Shown: in pieces, positions 13,118 to 24,710 of the stretch
Numbering within the stretch: position 1 is the stretch's first letter
Layout of the letters: each line of letters opens with the position of its first letter
Source: Balanoglossus misakiensis
Lineage: Eukaryota; Animalia; Hemichordata
Reading direction: 5' to 3'
Assembly (NCBI GenBank): GCA_040954595.2
Contig: CM082597.2
Span: 1,594,886 to 1,658,885 of the forward strand
Length of the DNA stretch: 64,000 bases
Program-made: the position numbers and the translations under genes
The notes under the pieces: model-generated
What the model was told of the DNA's origin: nothing
What the model saw: only the letters and a program-made list of their open reading frames with translations
The model's database searches: none

Positions 13118-14484
13118 CTAGCAGAAAATAAAAAAAAATCATTCAACAGATGTTATAAAATTCAATTATATTTCTTTCTTTAAGTGCAAACAGTTGGCCT
13201 TTTGTACAGAAAAGAAATGAACCATATGTTCTTTTGTTTAACTTTTGAATGAAACTGGATCTTTTTTATTGAATTTGTATTCAATCTTTTGTTGTGTAAA
13301 AATGAAAAATGTGTGATTAACACATGTAACCGTATGTTACTACAGTACAGATGAGAACTTAATTAAGGTCTGAACTTTGAGACAGCTTTTGGCTACCAGA
13401 AGCCTAGCCTGTTAACACACTGTTGTTAGCAATATATCTGAACCTTAACTGTACCTAAATATGAACTTTATTTTACCAGAAAGTTTCACCAGAAAGTTTA
13501 TGCACAGCATAATCATGTATATACACTACATATAATTATATAATATACAAATAGAATTTACATCTCAAAATATATCTGTGATAAGCTTCATTTATAATTC
13601 ATATAAGAATATTAAATCTTCTGGTGCAGACAGTTTAAAAGTTTTATAGAAACTAGTCTAGTCCATGACTCATATATATATTTTTAAAAAAACTAGAAAG
13701 GTGTCAAAGTTACACAGAACTCAAATCTGTTAATAAAAATAAAAACATGTATTATAATGCAGACTTATATTGGAGGTAGAGTCTAAGGGTAATACATGGT
13801 GACTACAATGGTCACAAAATGTCTGGACGTGACGATCGATATTTGCCACAATCACAACACTTCGCATAGAGTTACAACTACACTACAACATCACCAGATC
13901 GGCCACAATCACTCCATACTCGCCCAAACATGGTATGTCCATTGCCTAACCAAGGCAAGTTTGAGTGACCATGACCTAACGCATGCACACCCTATGAGAT
14001 CGCTTAATAAATCGTCGCGATGAGTCGCCTGGCCATGATAACATTAACAAGGTCAACCCATGAATCACTCTATGGATCTACCACAAACACCTGATGCCAA
14101 GATCCATTCGTGGTGCGATTGACACCCTCCGATCAGCAAACACGCCCCTTGATGTGATCAAGTGATGTAGTATATCAGTACATGTACATAGCCATAACAC
14201 AGTGCGATCGCACCCAGAAATACAGCGATCGGGAGAATATCACTGTGTCGATCGCCGCCCCTTACCTTTTGTGAGTCTAACTGACCATGATGGTACAAAC
14301 AAAACCGTGAACTTGAACCCCTACACACGTTGATTTCGTCGTTTAGTATTTCATACAATGTAAACACAAAGAGGTTCCTGCTTCCGTCCTATTGTTAAGA
14401 AGGGGTTCTGCGCATGTCTCACCTTTGACCCTTGTAACATCTGGCCAGTGAAATGAACAGAAAAACATTAGCACATTAGTACGC

Positions 14485-15239
14485 CGTTGGTGGCGACATT
14501 GAAAAACCCAGAACAGGGATTCGCGTCCGCGAATATCAGAACCGTCCCAACTTCTTTGCATGCAAAAAACAACAGGTGCGAATCGTCTAGCGATGCACGC
14601 GCGCGATTTTAATATATATTTAAATTTGGGGACTTTGCTGTAAACAAGTGTCGAATTAATTAGTTCAAAAAGTTACCCTAACTTCAGGAAGAAATGTAAT
14701 AGATAACTAGGTCACAACTTATTTAAATATAAGCGAAGTAAACATAAAATGATTCTTTGAATGACTTGTTGCTAATTTCTCTCTGCTTTAAATTCAAAAA
14801 GTTGTTGGTGTTATAATTAAAACCTCCAACACTTTCCACGTAATTAACACTGTGCTAATTAAATGAAATTTGTCACACTTTCGTTGGTGGTGACATTTAC
14901 AATTCCCCAACAGGAATCTTTTTACTGTGCCAAGGGAAAAATGAATTTGTACTAGCAGGTGTGACTGTCTGGCAATGGGTACGCGCGTTCACGCGAGTTT
15001 AATCTATATTTAAATTAACTTAAACCCCGACAATTCTGATTGGTCAACTACTATCCGCATGTCACTTGTGATTGGCCAATTGCGCTCTGCACTCTTGGAG
15101 CAGGTTCCAACGTAGACACGCGCCAGACAACCTAGTTGACCCGAGCGTTGACCCGATAATGACCTATACAACAAATTTAAATTTTTCTTTGGAAGGATCG
15201 CGCGGCTCTGTTCTGAAAATTTTAATGTCGCCACCAACG
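14485..15239. repeat. Segment bounded by about 35-bp imperfect inverted repeats with a third internal direct copy (possible non-autonomous DNA transposon or repeated regulatory motif)
   Basis: +14485 cgttggtggcgacattgaaaaacccagaacaggg; -15239 cgttggtggcgacattaaaattttcagaacagag; +14882 cgttggtggtgacatttacaattccccaacagg. No clear TSD. Confidence 0.5.
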
Positions 15240-15272
15240 TCGGATGTGGCAAATAGCACCGAATCAGTCACG

Positions 15273-15273
<1 letters not shown>

Positions 15274-15318
<45 letters not shown>
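15274..15318. repeat. (TGTC)n/(TC)n compound microsatellite
   Basis: gtctgtctgtctgtctgtctctctctctctc... read directly. Confidence 0.9.
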
Positions 15319-15323
<5 letters not shown>

Positions 15324-15927
15324 TTGTCGGCAGATTAGCGTCAGTAAATTTTGAAATCGTGTGCTTCTTTTTCATTTATTCATTGCAAATGAAAAGTACA
15401 TACAAGTTCGTAAAATTTATTATAAAAGATCTATTTGCACTATGTACAATTTCTCAGCAATATATTACAGGAAATAGTGATTTCATAAATGAATCCACAT
15501 ATAAATTTGCTGCCAATCATTTTAAACGAGAGTTTATATATTAATTACAATGTTACTTGATTGAAAAAAATACATGAACTTTAAATTAATTTGTAGATAT
15601 AAAGATTCGTCCCACGGTAAAATCCTAATAATAAACCTGACAATAATTGTCTATCGTTTTAATCTGATATTTTTAACAAAAAGTGATATGAGCCGTGTAA
15701 CTTTGAGCTTTCACGTATTCGTGAGGCTGTCGGGATTATGTCTGAAATGTAAATGGTATGCATATATACTTTAACTGACCAAAATGAGAAATACATGTGT
15801 AAAAAATAACCCTGATCTTTAAGCGGTATCAAAGGATCAAGAAAGCTAAAAATGACTTTAAAATACTAAAAGTTACATATACTTTACTCTTTTTAAATAC
15901 TATAAAGAAATGTGTTCTGTCTCGTTA

Positions 15928-17205
15928 TTAAATTATCCAAATTGTCATTATTGCAACTGGAAGCACGAATCCCACAATCCTTTGCGTGATGTCGACGGAA
16001 GCGCTGAACTCATTGCAACCGTCTCCCTGGCAACAGTAGACGCAGTCTGCGGGCGAGCGGAAACAGTCGTGGTTCAGCGACGCTATGATTTGACACTCGG
16101 CGAAGTTCTTACAACCCTGGCGAGAAAAAAAAACACGGAGTGTAAAGTGTTTATGCAGATGAGTATGACAGGCGTCCAATCAAAATGGCTGAAATCTTGT
16201 CAGTTTTTTATATATATATTGCAAGATTGATTTACCACTCTTACCTTGGTGTATCGTTTCCCGAAGTGATCGTATCTCTCCGCTTCCGTGTAACATCCAT
16301 CCTCATTTTGATCGGCGTTGCATTGAACGGTTTCACCGTTACATAAAGTGTGCGATCCCTGTCGGTAGCAACTGTGACATGTCAAACCTTCAAGATAATC
16401 AAAATGTCGGAGACATAATCAGGTGGCTGTGACAGAGATTAGATTACCCTAATTTTCACATTCAATGACGTATATTCTGGCGGACACAAGTCATTACAGT
16501 ATGATTAGATTCTTTGAGTACGTGTGTTCTAGATCTGGCCATGAGACCTGGTTACTCCAGCTTCTTTTGTTGTGTCCTACTAACTTGATAACATGACACA
16601 CCCTGCGGTACAATTGTTTTCTGGAAACAATGAGTTGAAAGCTGTATCCGTGAACAATTTATATCACATGACGTATTCATTTATCTATACTTCCTTGTGC
16701 CTCACAAAAGCCTGTGGCGGTTGTCTGAATTCACAAGGTCCTCTGAATTATGGGGCCTCCACTGTGTAAAGGAGTGGTGTGTGGAACAGAAACATGGAAA
16801 GCGTATTGTGGTGGTACAAGTCGTTACGCACTTTAAAACGCTTAATCGTGAGGAAGACAGTAGCTTTTAAGGGGCTTTTATCTTATATCAGTGACTCTAA
16901 TATCCTTACCACAAACCGTGCTGTATTTCTGATTAAGAGGCAAAGGTTCCCCTATTTCGGATGAAAAGAGTCATTTTTATTTTTTTATAATCCCACCTCG
17001 TAACGGACGACGACCAGTAAACACTGTTCCTTCGCTCACTGAAGTGACCTTCTTTTTATGATCAAAGATGGCCGCCTCCAGTGTATGAAATCACCTTGAC
17101 AATATGGGTCCCACCAAAGTCTTCATCGACGAACCTACCTGTTGTACCCCCGAGTGAAGTTAATACCAACAGCAAAGCGATTCTCAATGTCCAAATAGTA
17201 TCCAT
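15928..17205 (-). CDS. Single-domain Ly6/uPAR (three-finger) GPI-anchored protein, 132 aa
   Basis: Exons 17205-17139 (signal peptide MDTIWTLRIALLLVLTSLGGTT), 16387-16245 (GLTCHSC...CNGETVQC...DGCYTE...YTK) and 16116-15928 (GCKNFAEC...DCVYCCQGDGCN, then a hydrophobic tail). This is the classic 3-exon Ly6 layout with the CCxxDxCN motif. Confidence 0.9.
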
Positions 17206-19843
17206 ATCGCCCCAATCAACCTCCTCCAGAGGGTTTGCAGTCACATTTTCTCGTACTTTGCAAACAAGCTACCAGTATTAAAAGCGCTATTCAATATATT
17301 CAATTGTCAGTGAATGAATCACATATACGCCCAAGCAGCGACAATATGTTGGTTTACGGTCGTGACGTAGAGGACAATTCCATTATGAGAGTTGGAAGGG
17401 GGATATCATATCACGCTGTAGATAAACCGTGCTAGATATAATATCACACATTAGGATCATATCTGAAGCTAGGCGATTAACGTGAATTAGCTTGACAGGG
17501 GAACACGGCAGTCATACAACAATGTTTGTGTAGGTAAACTGTGAATGCTTGGGTTGCTTAGCGACGAAGGAATGTCGATCAGTATGTAATACTGCAGGTA
17601 ACTTTCCACGGTGCCTTGCTAACAAAATGACGTTCACAATCAGTAGAAAGTTTTAAACTAGAAAATTCACGTAACTCTGTCTGTCTGTCTGTCTGTCTGT
17701 CTATTGTCCTAACACTGGTGATCCCTTCCCGGCATTCTTGTGTAGTGACGTCATGCGCATCCCCAGAAGCCTCTCTGTCTGTCCTCGTTGGAAAGTGCTC
17801 TCTCACTCTGGTGTTTGCAGTCGTCGAGTGAACATGCTTGACACGCCTGGTCGACTGAAAGAAAAACCCAGAGTCGCATGAAGGAACATTTCTACCAAAA
17901 ATATTTGGTTGTCGGAAGAACGAGCGCTTCTGCCGTTATATTCTGAAGATTACTGGTGTGACATGCCCGGGAAATTTCGCAGAATATTTATTTTCCACGC
18001 TGTCGAACTTTGCGAGGCTGTCCGGTCACGCCAACGTAACGCTACCATATATACGGACCTTTAGGCTTACAGAAATTGCACGAAAATTTGCGGCAGTCTT
18101 TGTGGGGGTGGGGTAGGGGAGTTCCTACTCAGTAACGTCATTTTCCACGGTGTTTCAGAGTTCTCAGTGGGCAGCGAGTCCGAGTCAGCAGAAAGTCGAT
18201 ATTTTACGTGGCAGTTACTCTCTGGGCATGGTACTCCTTACCAGGTCACTGGAGCGAATCGAGTAGCTCCACATGGTGATCAGAGTGCTGTTACGTTATC
18301 GACTTTTTTTACTTGGATTAGTGTAGGCCTATAGTGTTTTGCTGAGATGAGTTCGACAAGTAAATTTGAGTTCAGTTCCGCAGAGAGTCAGTTGTCGACG
18401 TACGTTTTTAGAGTAAAATTGAAGCCTCAAAAATAACATTTCATTATCATTCCCTGGTGGCTGCCGTTTCTCTTGTCCTTCTCCGCAAAGATTCAAACAA
18501 AAGACCAATATTCACGACTTACTAATTTGCATATTGTTTTGAACACCTGTCTGTTCCTAAAAATGGGGGGGGGGGGCAATGTGATTTGGTGCCACTCCGA
18601 TTCAGAAGCAGCTGTAGTGCTGATTTTGCAGTCTAGCATTCTATGCCTCTTTACTGTATTGGCTGCAGCTCCTGGGACTTCGGTAAATTAAGGACTAGTT
18701 TAGTTGATCTGATGTGCCCGCAAACGCTATTCTTGGACGGGTTTCCCAGACTGGCCCATGCGCCAGCAAACAAGGCGTGGTTGTTTCTCGCAAAGGTTTT
18801 GATTAAATTATGGGTGGCCATAAATTTTTCCTCTGGTACCGATCCACCATGCCGGCCGACAACCCACGCATTTTGCACATGCATGCGTACAAAACGTGAT
18901 ACTGCCATGGCAAGTGTCAACTTTGCACTCACATTGCAATCTGTTAACACAGGATACATCGTACACGTAGTTTAAAAGAACTTCCGATGCAATGGTTAAC
19001 AATGGGATATATATTTGTATTGTTATGATGCCGACTGAAGGAAATACGCGTTTTGCAAAGAGCCAAGTAAGCAGTTAAGGTTATTCTGAAGTTAATTGTT
19101 GTCACAGTATTTAATTAATACTAGTTGACCTATTAATTTGAAAACTGATGACGTGGCATTCGGCGCTACTGGGAATATGTTTCACATACCTTTTAATACG
19201 CCACATATGAGTTGTTTACGCCACATATGAGTTATGAGTTGTTTAAGGTCATCTGTTGCCTGGGATGGTTTATTCTTAAGTTCAAGTTCATCGAAATGTA
19301 CCTACATTCTGGGTCATAAGATTGTCACGTGCCACGGGCTTATTGTCTGGTCTGGTCACTGCCCTTTTCCGGAAGCCTGGGGGTACGTGTCCTCAGTATC
19401 ACTAAGTTTATATGTCATTGATATGTCGCCTCGGTGAGGACGTCTGTCGCTACAAAATATGTACACATATACTTGTTCATTCCCAAAGAATGAACTTGAT
19501 ATAATTTGTAATGAAGTATGTCATTTTTATGAATTTTTATCGCATGCGTTCTGTACAGATATGTTACACTATGATTAAGTTGCATATAGGTTACTTGAGG
19601 TCATTCACCCACGTTTGTCCTATAACATTGCAGACCTGTAAAATGATTCCATTTATAAACCGCTTTTTATTTTCTTCTTGTGTCTCGTCAGATTTGGGAT
19701 TATTGGTCCACGCACACCTGTTGGTATGCGGATTATAAAATAACGGTGTGTTCTGTCACGATCACGCCATACACGTGACTGTGGTTCTATGGTTTTCCAC
19801 ATACACCCACCCTTTTTATCGTAGCTTTCAAGAGCTTTCGGAA

Positions 19844-20710
19844 ATGCCACAGAATCATCGACGGGGTCGACGTCGGCGACAAGGCAGAACGTCGAAGGTG
19901 GCGTGTGGGCCTGCTCGTGGCGAGATTAAACCAAAAACCCTAATCTTTGGTGAGAAACAAGACTTTAGTATCCTAAAAGATGGATACATATTTCGAGTTT
20001 CCAGAAGCACACTTATGCACAACTTCGGATACTTCGAGACCATGCTGTCAAAACCTGACTTCAAAGAGACACAACACAACCAGGTAGTTCTGAGCAAACC
20101 CTTCACCATTACGTCACTCAGAATTCTTTTGGATTTTGCCCACAATGGTAGGTTACGGGTACAACCTCATGACGTCATCGACGTAGTTACAGCCGCTGAC
20201 TACTTCGACATGAAAGTTCGCCCTCTCGTGTTGGCTCTTCACATGTTTTACTTGAACATCTCCGTTAAGAACTGGCGCGGGTTTTACCACGTGGTCAAGT
20301 CAACAAATATTGCCTTCACGCAAAATTGCAAATACATATCACGGTTCATGTACATATTAGATTGCTGGATGAATGATAACATTTGCTTCATAAAGTCTTC
20401 CGTACGAGCGATAGGGGAAAGAACCACGTTGTCAAATCGCAACGTAAAAGATGTCGTTGAACAGAAGTCTTACGATGGACACACTCTCATGTTCCTGCTT
20501 CAGTTTCATTCTTATAAGTATTTAAGCAAACCAAGCAAAATCGTTGAAGACATATTTGTCCCTGTTGCTCACGTTTCCGTGAAAACGACTGAAGAATCAA
20601 TGCGCTATTTGACGAAGAAAGGGCAGAATAAAAAGGACAAGTGCCCCCTGTACACTTACACACGTAAATATACTAATTTCGCGAAATCATCTACATACTG
20701 TAACTCATAA
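19844..20710 (+). CDS. Intronless BTB/POZ-domain protein (Kelch-like BTB plus degenerate BACK, no Kelch repeats), about 288 aa
   Basis: First ATG at 19844, with an acceptor-like cctttttatcgtag just upstream. BTB motifs DFSILKDGYIFRVSRSTL...YFETMLSKPDFKET...VVL...SLRILLDFAHNGRL...VIDVVTAADYFDM; BACK-like start NISVKNW; basic N-terminus (RRGRRRRQGR). AATAAA at 20788. Confidence 0.75.
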   Translation: MPQNHRRGRRRRQGRTSKVACGPARGEIKPKTLIFGEKQDFSILKDGYIFRVSRSTLMHNFGYFETMLSKPDFKETQHNQVVLSKPFTITSLRILLDFAHNGRLRVQPHDVIDVVTAADYFDMKVRPLVLALHMFYLNISVKNWRGFYHVVKSTNIAFTQNCKYISRFMYILDCWMNDNICFIKSSVRAIGERTTLSNRNVKDVVEQKSYDGHTLMFLLQFHSYKYLSKPSKIVEDIFVPVAHVSVKTTEESMRYLTKKGQNKKDKCPLYTYTRKYTNFAKSSTYCNS

Positions 20711-21193
20711 CCTTTAAACTTAACTCATCAAATTGAAGATGAGGGACACAACTCACTTTCATCCTCGTATGGCACAGGCTCAAAGAAAATAAAACAAAAG
20801 AAAAGAAGCAGTGAAGAACTATAATTATAAAGGATTTTCGTGGATGAGCGTTACGGTTGAAAAAATGACAAGTACTTATTGTTTTTATAAATGTGTCATT
20901 TTAGACACACCAAACTCAAATAATTCCAGTACTGTTAATTTTAAAGAAATGGGATTGAAGCTCAAAAACGAAATTTCAAATGACAGGTCCTTTGTGTGAC
21001 AAATTGCTTTGACCAGTGTTTCCATCTTGCAATGGAAAAATATGTTGTCATGAACCCCACCATATACACACGTACACTGTGTAAAGTCAATTTTCCCTAC
21101 CTGGGATTCACAACAGCAGCCTCAATTTTATTGTTCACAATCATGCAAAAAATCATGACGTAATTATTACGACCATAATAAATGTATATATTA

Positions 21194-23751
21194 TCAGCCC
21201 ATGATCATGTGTCTAGTGAGCTGATGTGACTGGTTCCTATCCCGCCATTCTATCATGACCCTTTCCCTCTGAATCTGTTGGTTAATTTGAAATTTCCAGA
21301 TGAGTTCTCGTTTCCTCTCGCATTCCTTCTTGCGTTGGTATATCTCCGGATGAGAAGTGTCTCTGTGATATCGACGGGCATCGAAATCTCGCTGTGCTGA
21401 TGTCATCATTCTAGCAATTCTGTAGAATACATGAAAACATGTATATAGAAACTGTGTGTATGTATGTGTGTATGTATGCATGCATGCATAATGTGTGTAG
21501 TTTGCCTGCAATGGTTTAACAGACACAGACAATTTGCAGACTCATAACAATATTCTCAGTCACACATTTTCACTATATGTTGTAAACTACAAGAGGCAAA
21601 TCATTGACAAGTCTGTGAGGTACTCTTAACTTTACATTGACAATTTGTGTAAGTGTCACTCATTAAATAATGACTTACTTCATTGCTTTGTACTTTTTTC
21701 TGGTCAAATATCCGCGGAACCAACGTTGAATGGTGATGGCAGCTTTGTGATGGTCATCTGACACCGTCTGCAGTAAAAAAACAACATGGGATGTAAGCAG
21801 CTTGCAACCATCTTACTTTGGGCTTCTCCCATGTATCAACTCTGGTTTCTTGATTTTAAAATGGTTGTAATATTTTCACCCACCTCGTCAGTAGTTGCTG
21901 TCACATCTTCTGTAATTAGCGTGCCACCAGTGCCCTCATTGTCGTACTCTGGCATCGCATCCGGGACTTCTTCACTGGAATTCACACAAGAAAAATAAAC
22001 ATCCTAATAAAGGTCATCGCAAATGCTGAAACAGCAACATTCAAACAGGGCATAGAGTGTGTTATATGCCCATGGATTGAGAGTACTGAGTGTGAACATC
22101 TTGACTGAATGCTCTCAAACGATTGGCAATTGTTCATATTAGTGTGTACAGCACAGCAAAAGGCCAAATGTGAGAATCTGTGTGGTACATACAACCAGGA
22201 TACTTACCTTCCCCGGAGTTCACGGAAGAAGCCCTTTCTGAGTTTATAATTGTGGAAAACGCCTGGAATTCCGGGTATCACCATGACATCAGATGGACTC
22301 GTAGATAATTCCTGTCAATGACATGAATAGGTCTGGTCAGATCATGGCCTGTTTTACCAAAGCGATATTAGGAGGGAGAGAGGGAGGGTGAGAGAATGAC
22401 TTACCCTACTATAATTGGATAGCCCTCCATCGCTGTCCTCTTCACTTTCTGAGTAACTACCACACGTGATTTCGGTCATTTCAGAACTCTGAGAGCCCAG
22501 CATTCGTCTTGGAGACGAGTTAAGTGCGTTGGGAACATCTGTGAGTGGTGTCTCAGGAGGGACCTTATGTAGAAAAAGAAACAAGCATTTTGATTTGTTG
22601 CTGTCACACATTTCAACCATGCCATGGAATGGGATAATTGACAGTATGTTTGTATAGAATCGCTGGCTGTTACACTCATGAGGTACCCGTGATCTAGCTG
22701 CAGTTCAGTAGCTCTAGGTTTCGCCTGTTGGTTTTTGTTTCAGATGGCGAAACCAGACCAACAGGCAAAACTTCCTGATCGACTGATCTATGATGAAATC
22801 TGGTAATCTCTGTTTATATTGCACCCGACTGCTTGTCAAACAATTTCCCATCATTCGTGTGTGTCTCGAGACTTACCTCATCTTGGCGTTTACTGGGTGA
22901 AGAAGATGACAATGCGCTTTTTCTACCCTGTGCCCAATCAGCAAGATACTCAAGAGGGTTCCTGCCCGTTTCTTGAAGAGAAATTCAAAATATGCCCGTG
23001 TTAATCTTGATTTGTCCTAGTGTGGTTCACCAGATATCCCTACGCGTGTAATCCGGTCCTTTGCCCAATTTCCACCGCGTGGCTTCGCTGTGCTACAAAC
23101 AAAGAACAGCGCAGCCATGCGGTGGAAATGAGGCAGGGGTCACACTGGTGTTTGTTGTCGATCGTCCAGTCAATTGACGATTTGACAACGATACAATGCA
23201 TATTTCTTTATGAAACCTTTGTATGGCATCAGTTTGAGACAATATTCAGAAAACACGACAATGTTTAGATATGTTCCCTGGTATCGACGCAAGAATACAA
23301 GGATTTAACTTGGTATTGTCCAACTCAGAGTTGCGACAGGAGACAATGATCAAAGACATAAAAGACAATAATCACCAGCCAGTAATCATTCCTTGCAATT
23401 GCTAGACATGTTTTATCGCTACCTGGTTACAATGCAATTATTCTATCGACTGGTCTCAAGCCACTGAATTTTCCAACAACATCTAAAGATCAACATGCCC
23501 AATCAAAGACATTCGAGATATTTTTTGGCATACTAATATCTCCTGAACAAAAAGAGACTTTATCGACTGTTGGTACGGGTGCTAGTGGGACACTCACCAT
23601 TTTGTATGTGTAGCAAGACGCTGATGTAGTCTGCACAAAATTTGTAGATATCTCCAGGCTGTTGAATAAGTATTTCAGTTGTTAGACATTCCAGTAAGGT
23701 GGCGAAACAATCCGGTAGGTCATTGGCTAATGTCGGCCGAGCTTCAGCCAT
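21194..23751 (-). CDS. SPA17-like paralog: N-terminal RIIa dimerisation/docking domain + Ser/acidic linker + one IQ motif, about 305 aa
   Basis: Phase-consistent exons 23751-23598, 22971-22877, 22563-22405, 22311-22208, 21974-21884, 21767-21679, 21419-21194. RIIa-like LPDCFATLLECLTTEILIQQPGDIYKFCADY; IQ motif KAAITIQRWFRGYLTRKKYKAMK. Minus-strand AATAAA at about 21127-21132. Confidence 0.85.
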
Positions 23752-24710
23752 ATTGTATCGCTGTAGTCAAGCAACAAGTCGGTGCTAAATTGAAATCTTT
23801 CGGGAGATCTGCCAGTGATTCTGGACTGCTCGAATTCGTCACAACTGTGAAATGTTTGGACCTCTACCGTTGTACCTATCAACGCCCTTGTAACATCAAT
23901 TCAAGAGAACGATCGTCCTCCCTATAAACCTGACGAATCTACATGTCAATAGAGATAGATGATGCATAAACCCTCCCTGGGACACTATCGATTGTCTGTC
24001 AGCAGTACTTCTGTCTCGCTATGTTGCGAACACAATCGCGTTTATTACTTGTGGACAATACAGAATCAGTGATAACATTTTATGGACGCTCTTTATGTAA
24101 CCTTTCACCACAGTTATTACACAGCAACACAGATGAAACAAAACTGTACTGCAGTGAAAGGTTGCACACTACACAAATCAGCAGAGTGTAATAATAATTA
24201 CACAAATAAATCTGGATTTATTCACGTCATTGTTGGGTAAACTTTATTCCACTATCATTGCTGATGATTTTTTTACAATGAGTACTGACATTAGCATTTC
24301 TTGCCAACAAAAAATATGTTCTATGAACTAACTTTACTAATTAGGAATGTGATAAAAAGTAACAACTCATTGTTTTTCATCGTGTACAGTATATAATACA
24401 AAGTATCAATCACATTGTTTGCAAAGATGTACATTGTAGCAGTCACTTACTGTGACTTCCTGTGTCGTATTACACGCAGTCGCAGACAGGACGACATCGG
24501 CCCTTTAAACTACCAAACGTTTATTCAGCAAATTGTTGCTACAAAAGCAATATAGACAAATACAATACACATAAGAGTTTGTATTTCACAGTTATATACA
24601 ATAATTATCGTGATTATAAAATGTTCACAAATTAATCTAACTTGCTACGAAAAAAGAAATTTTCATGATTAAAGTTTTGGTGATATCTGCATTTTGTTTA
24701 GCTTTGCCTC

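Noticed and set aside
13790-14400. CpG-richer stretch that looked like a decayed transposon or viral ORF
   Set aside because: The frames examined are interrupted by stops and show no recognisable motif.
18643-19002. Overlapping ~100-aa ORFs on both strands
   Set aside because: No domain similarity or splice structure; length is compatible with chance.
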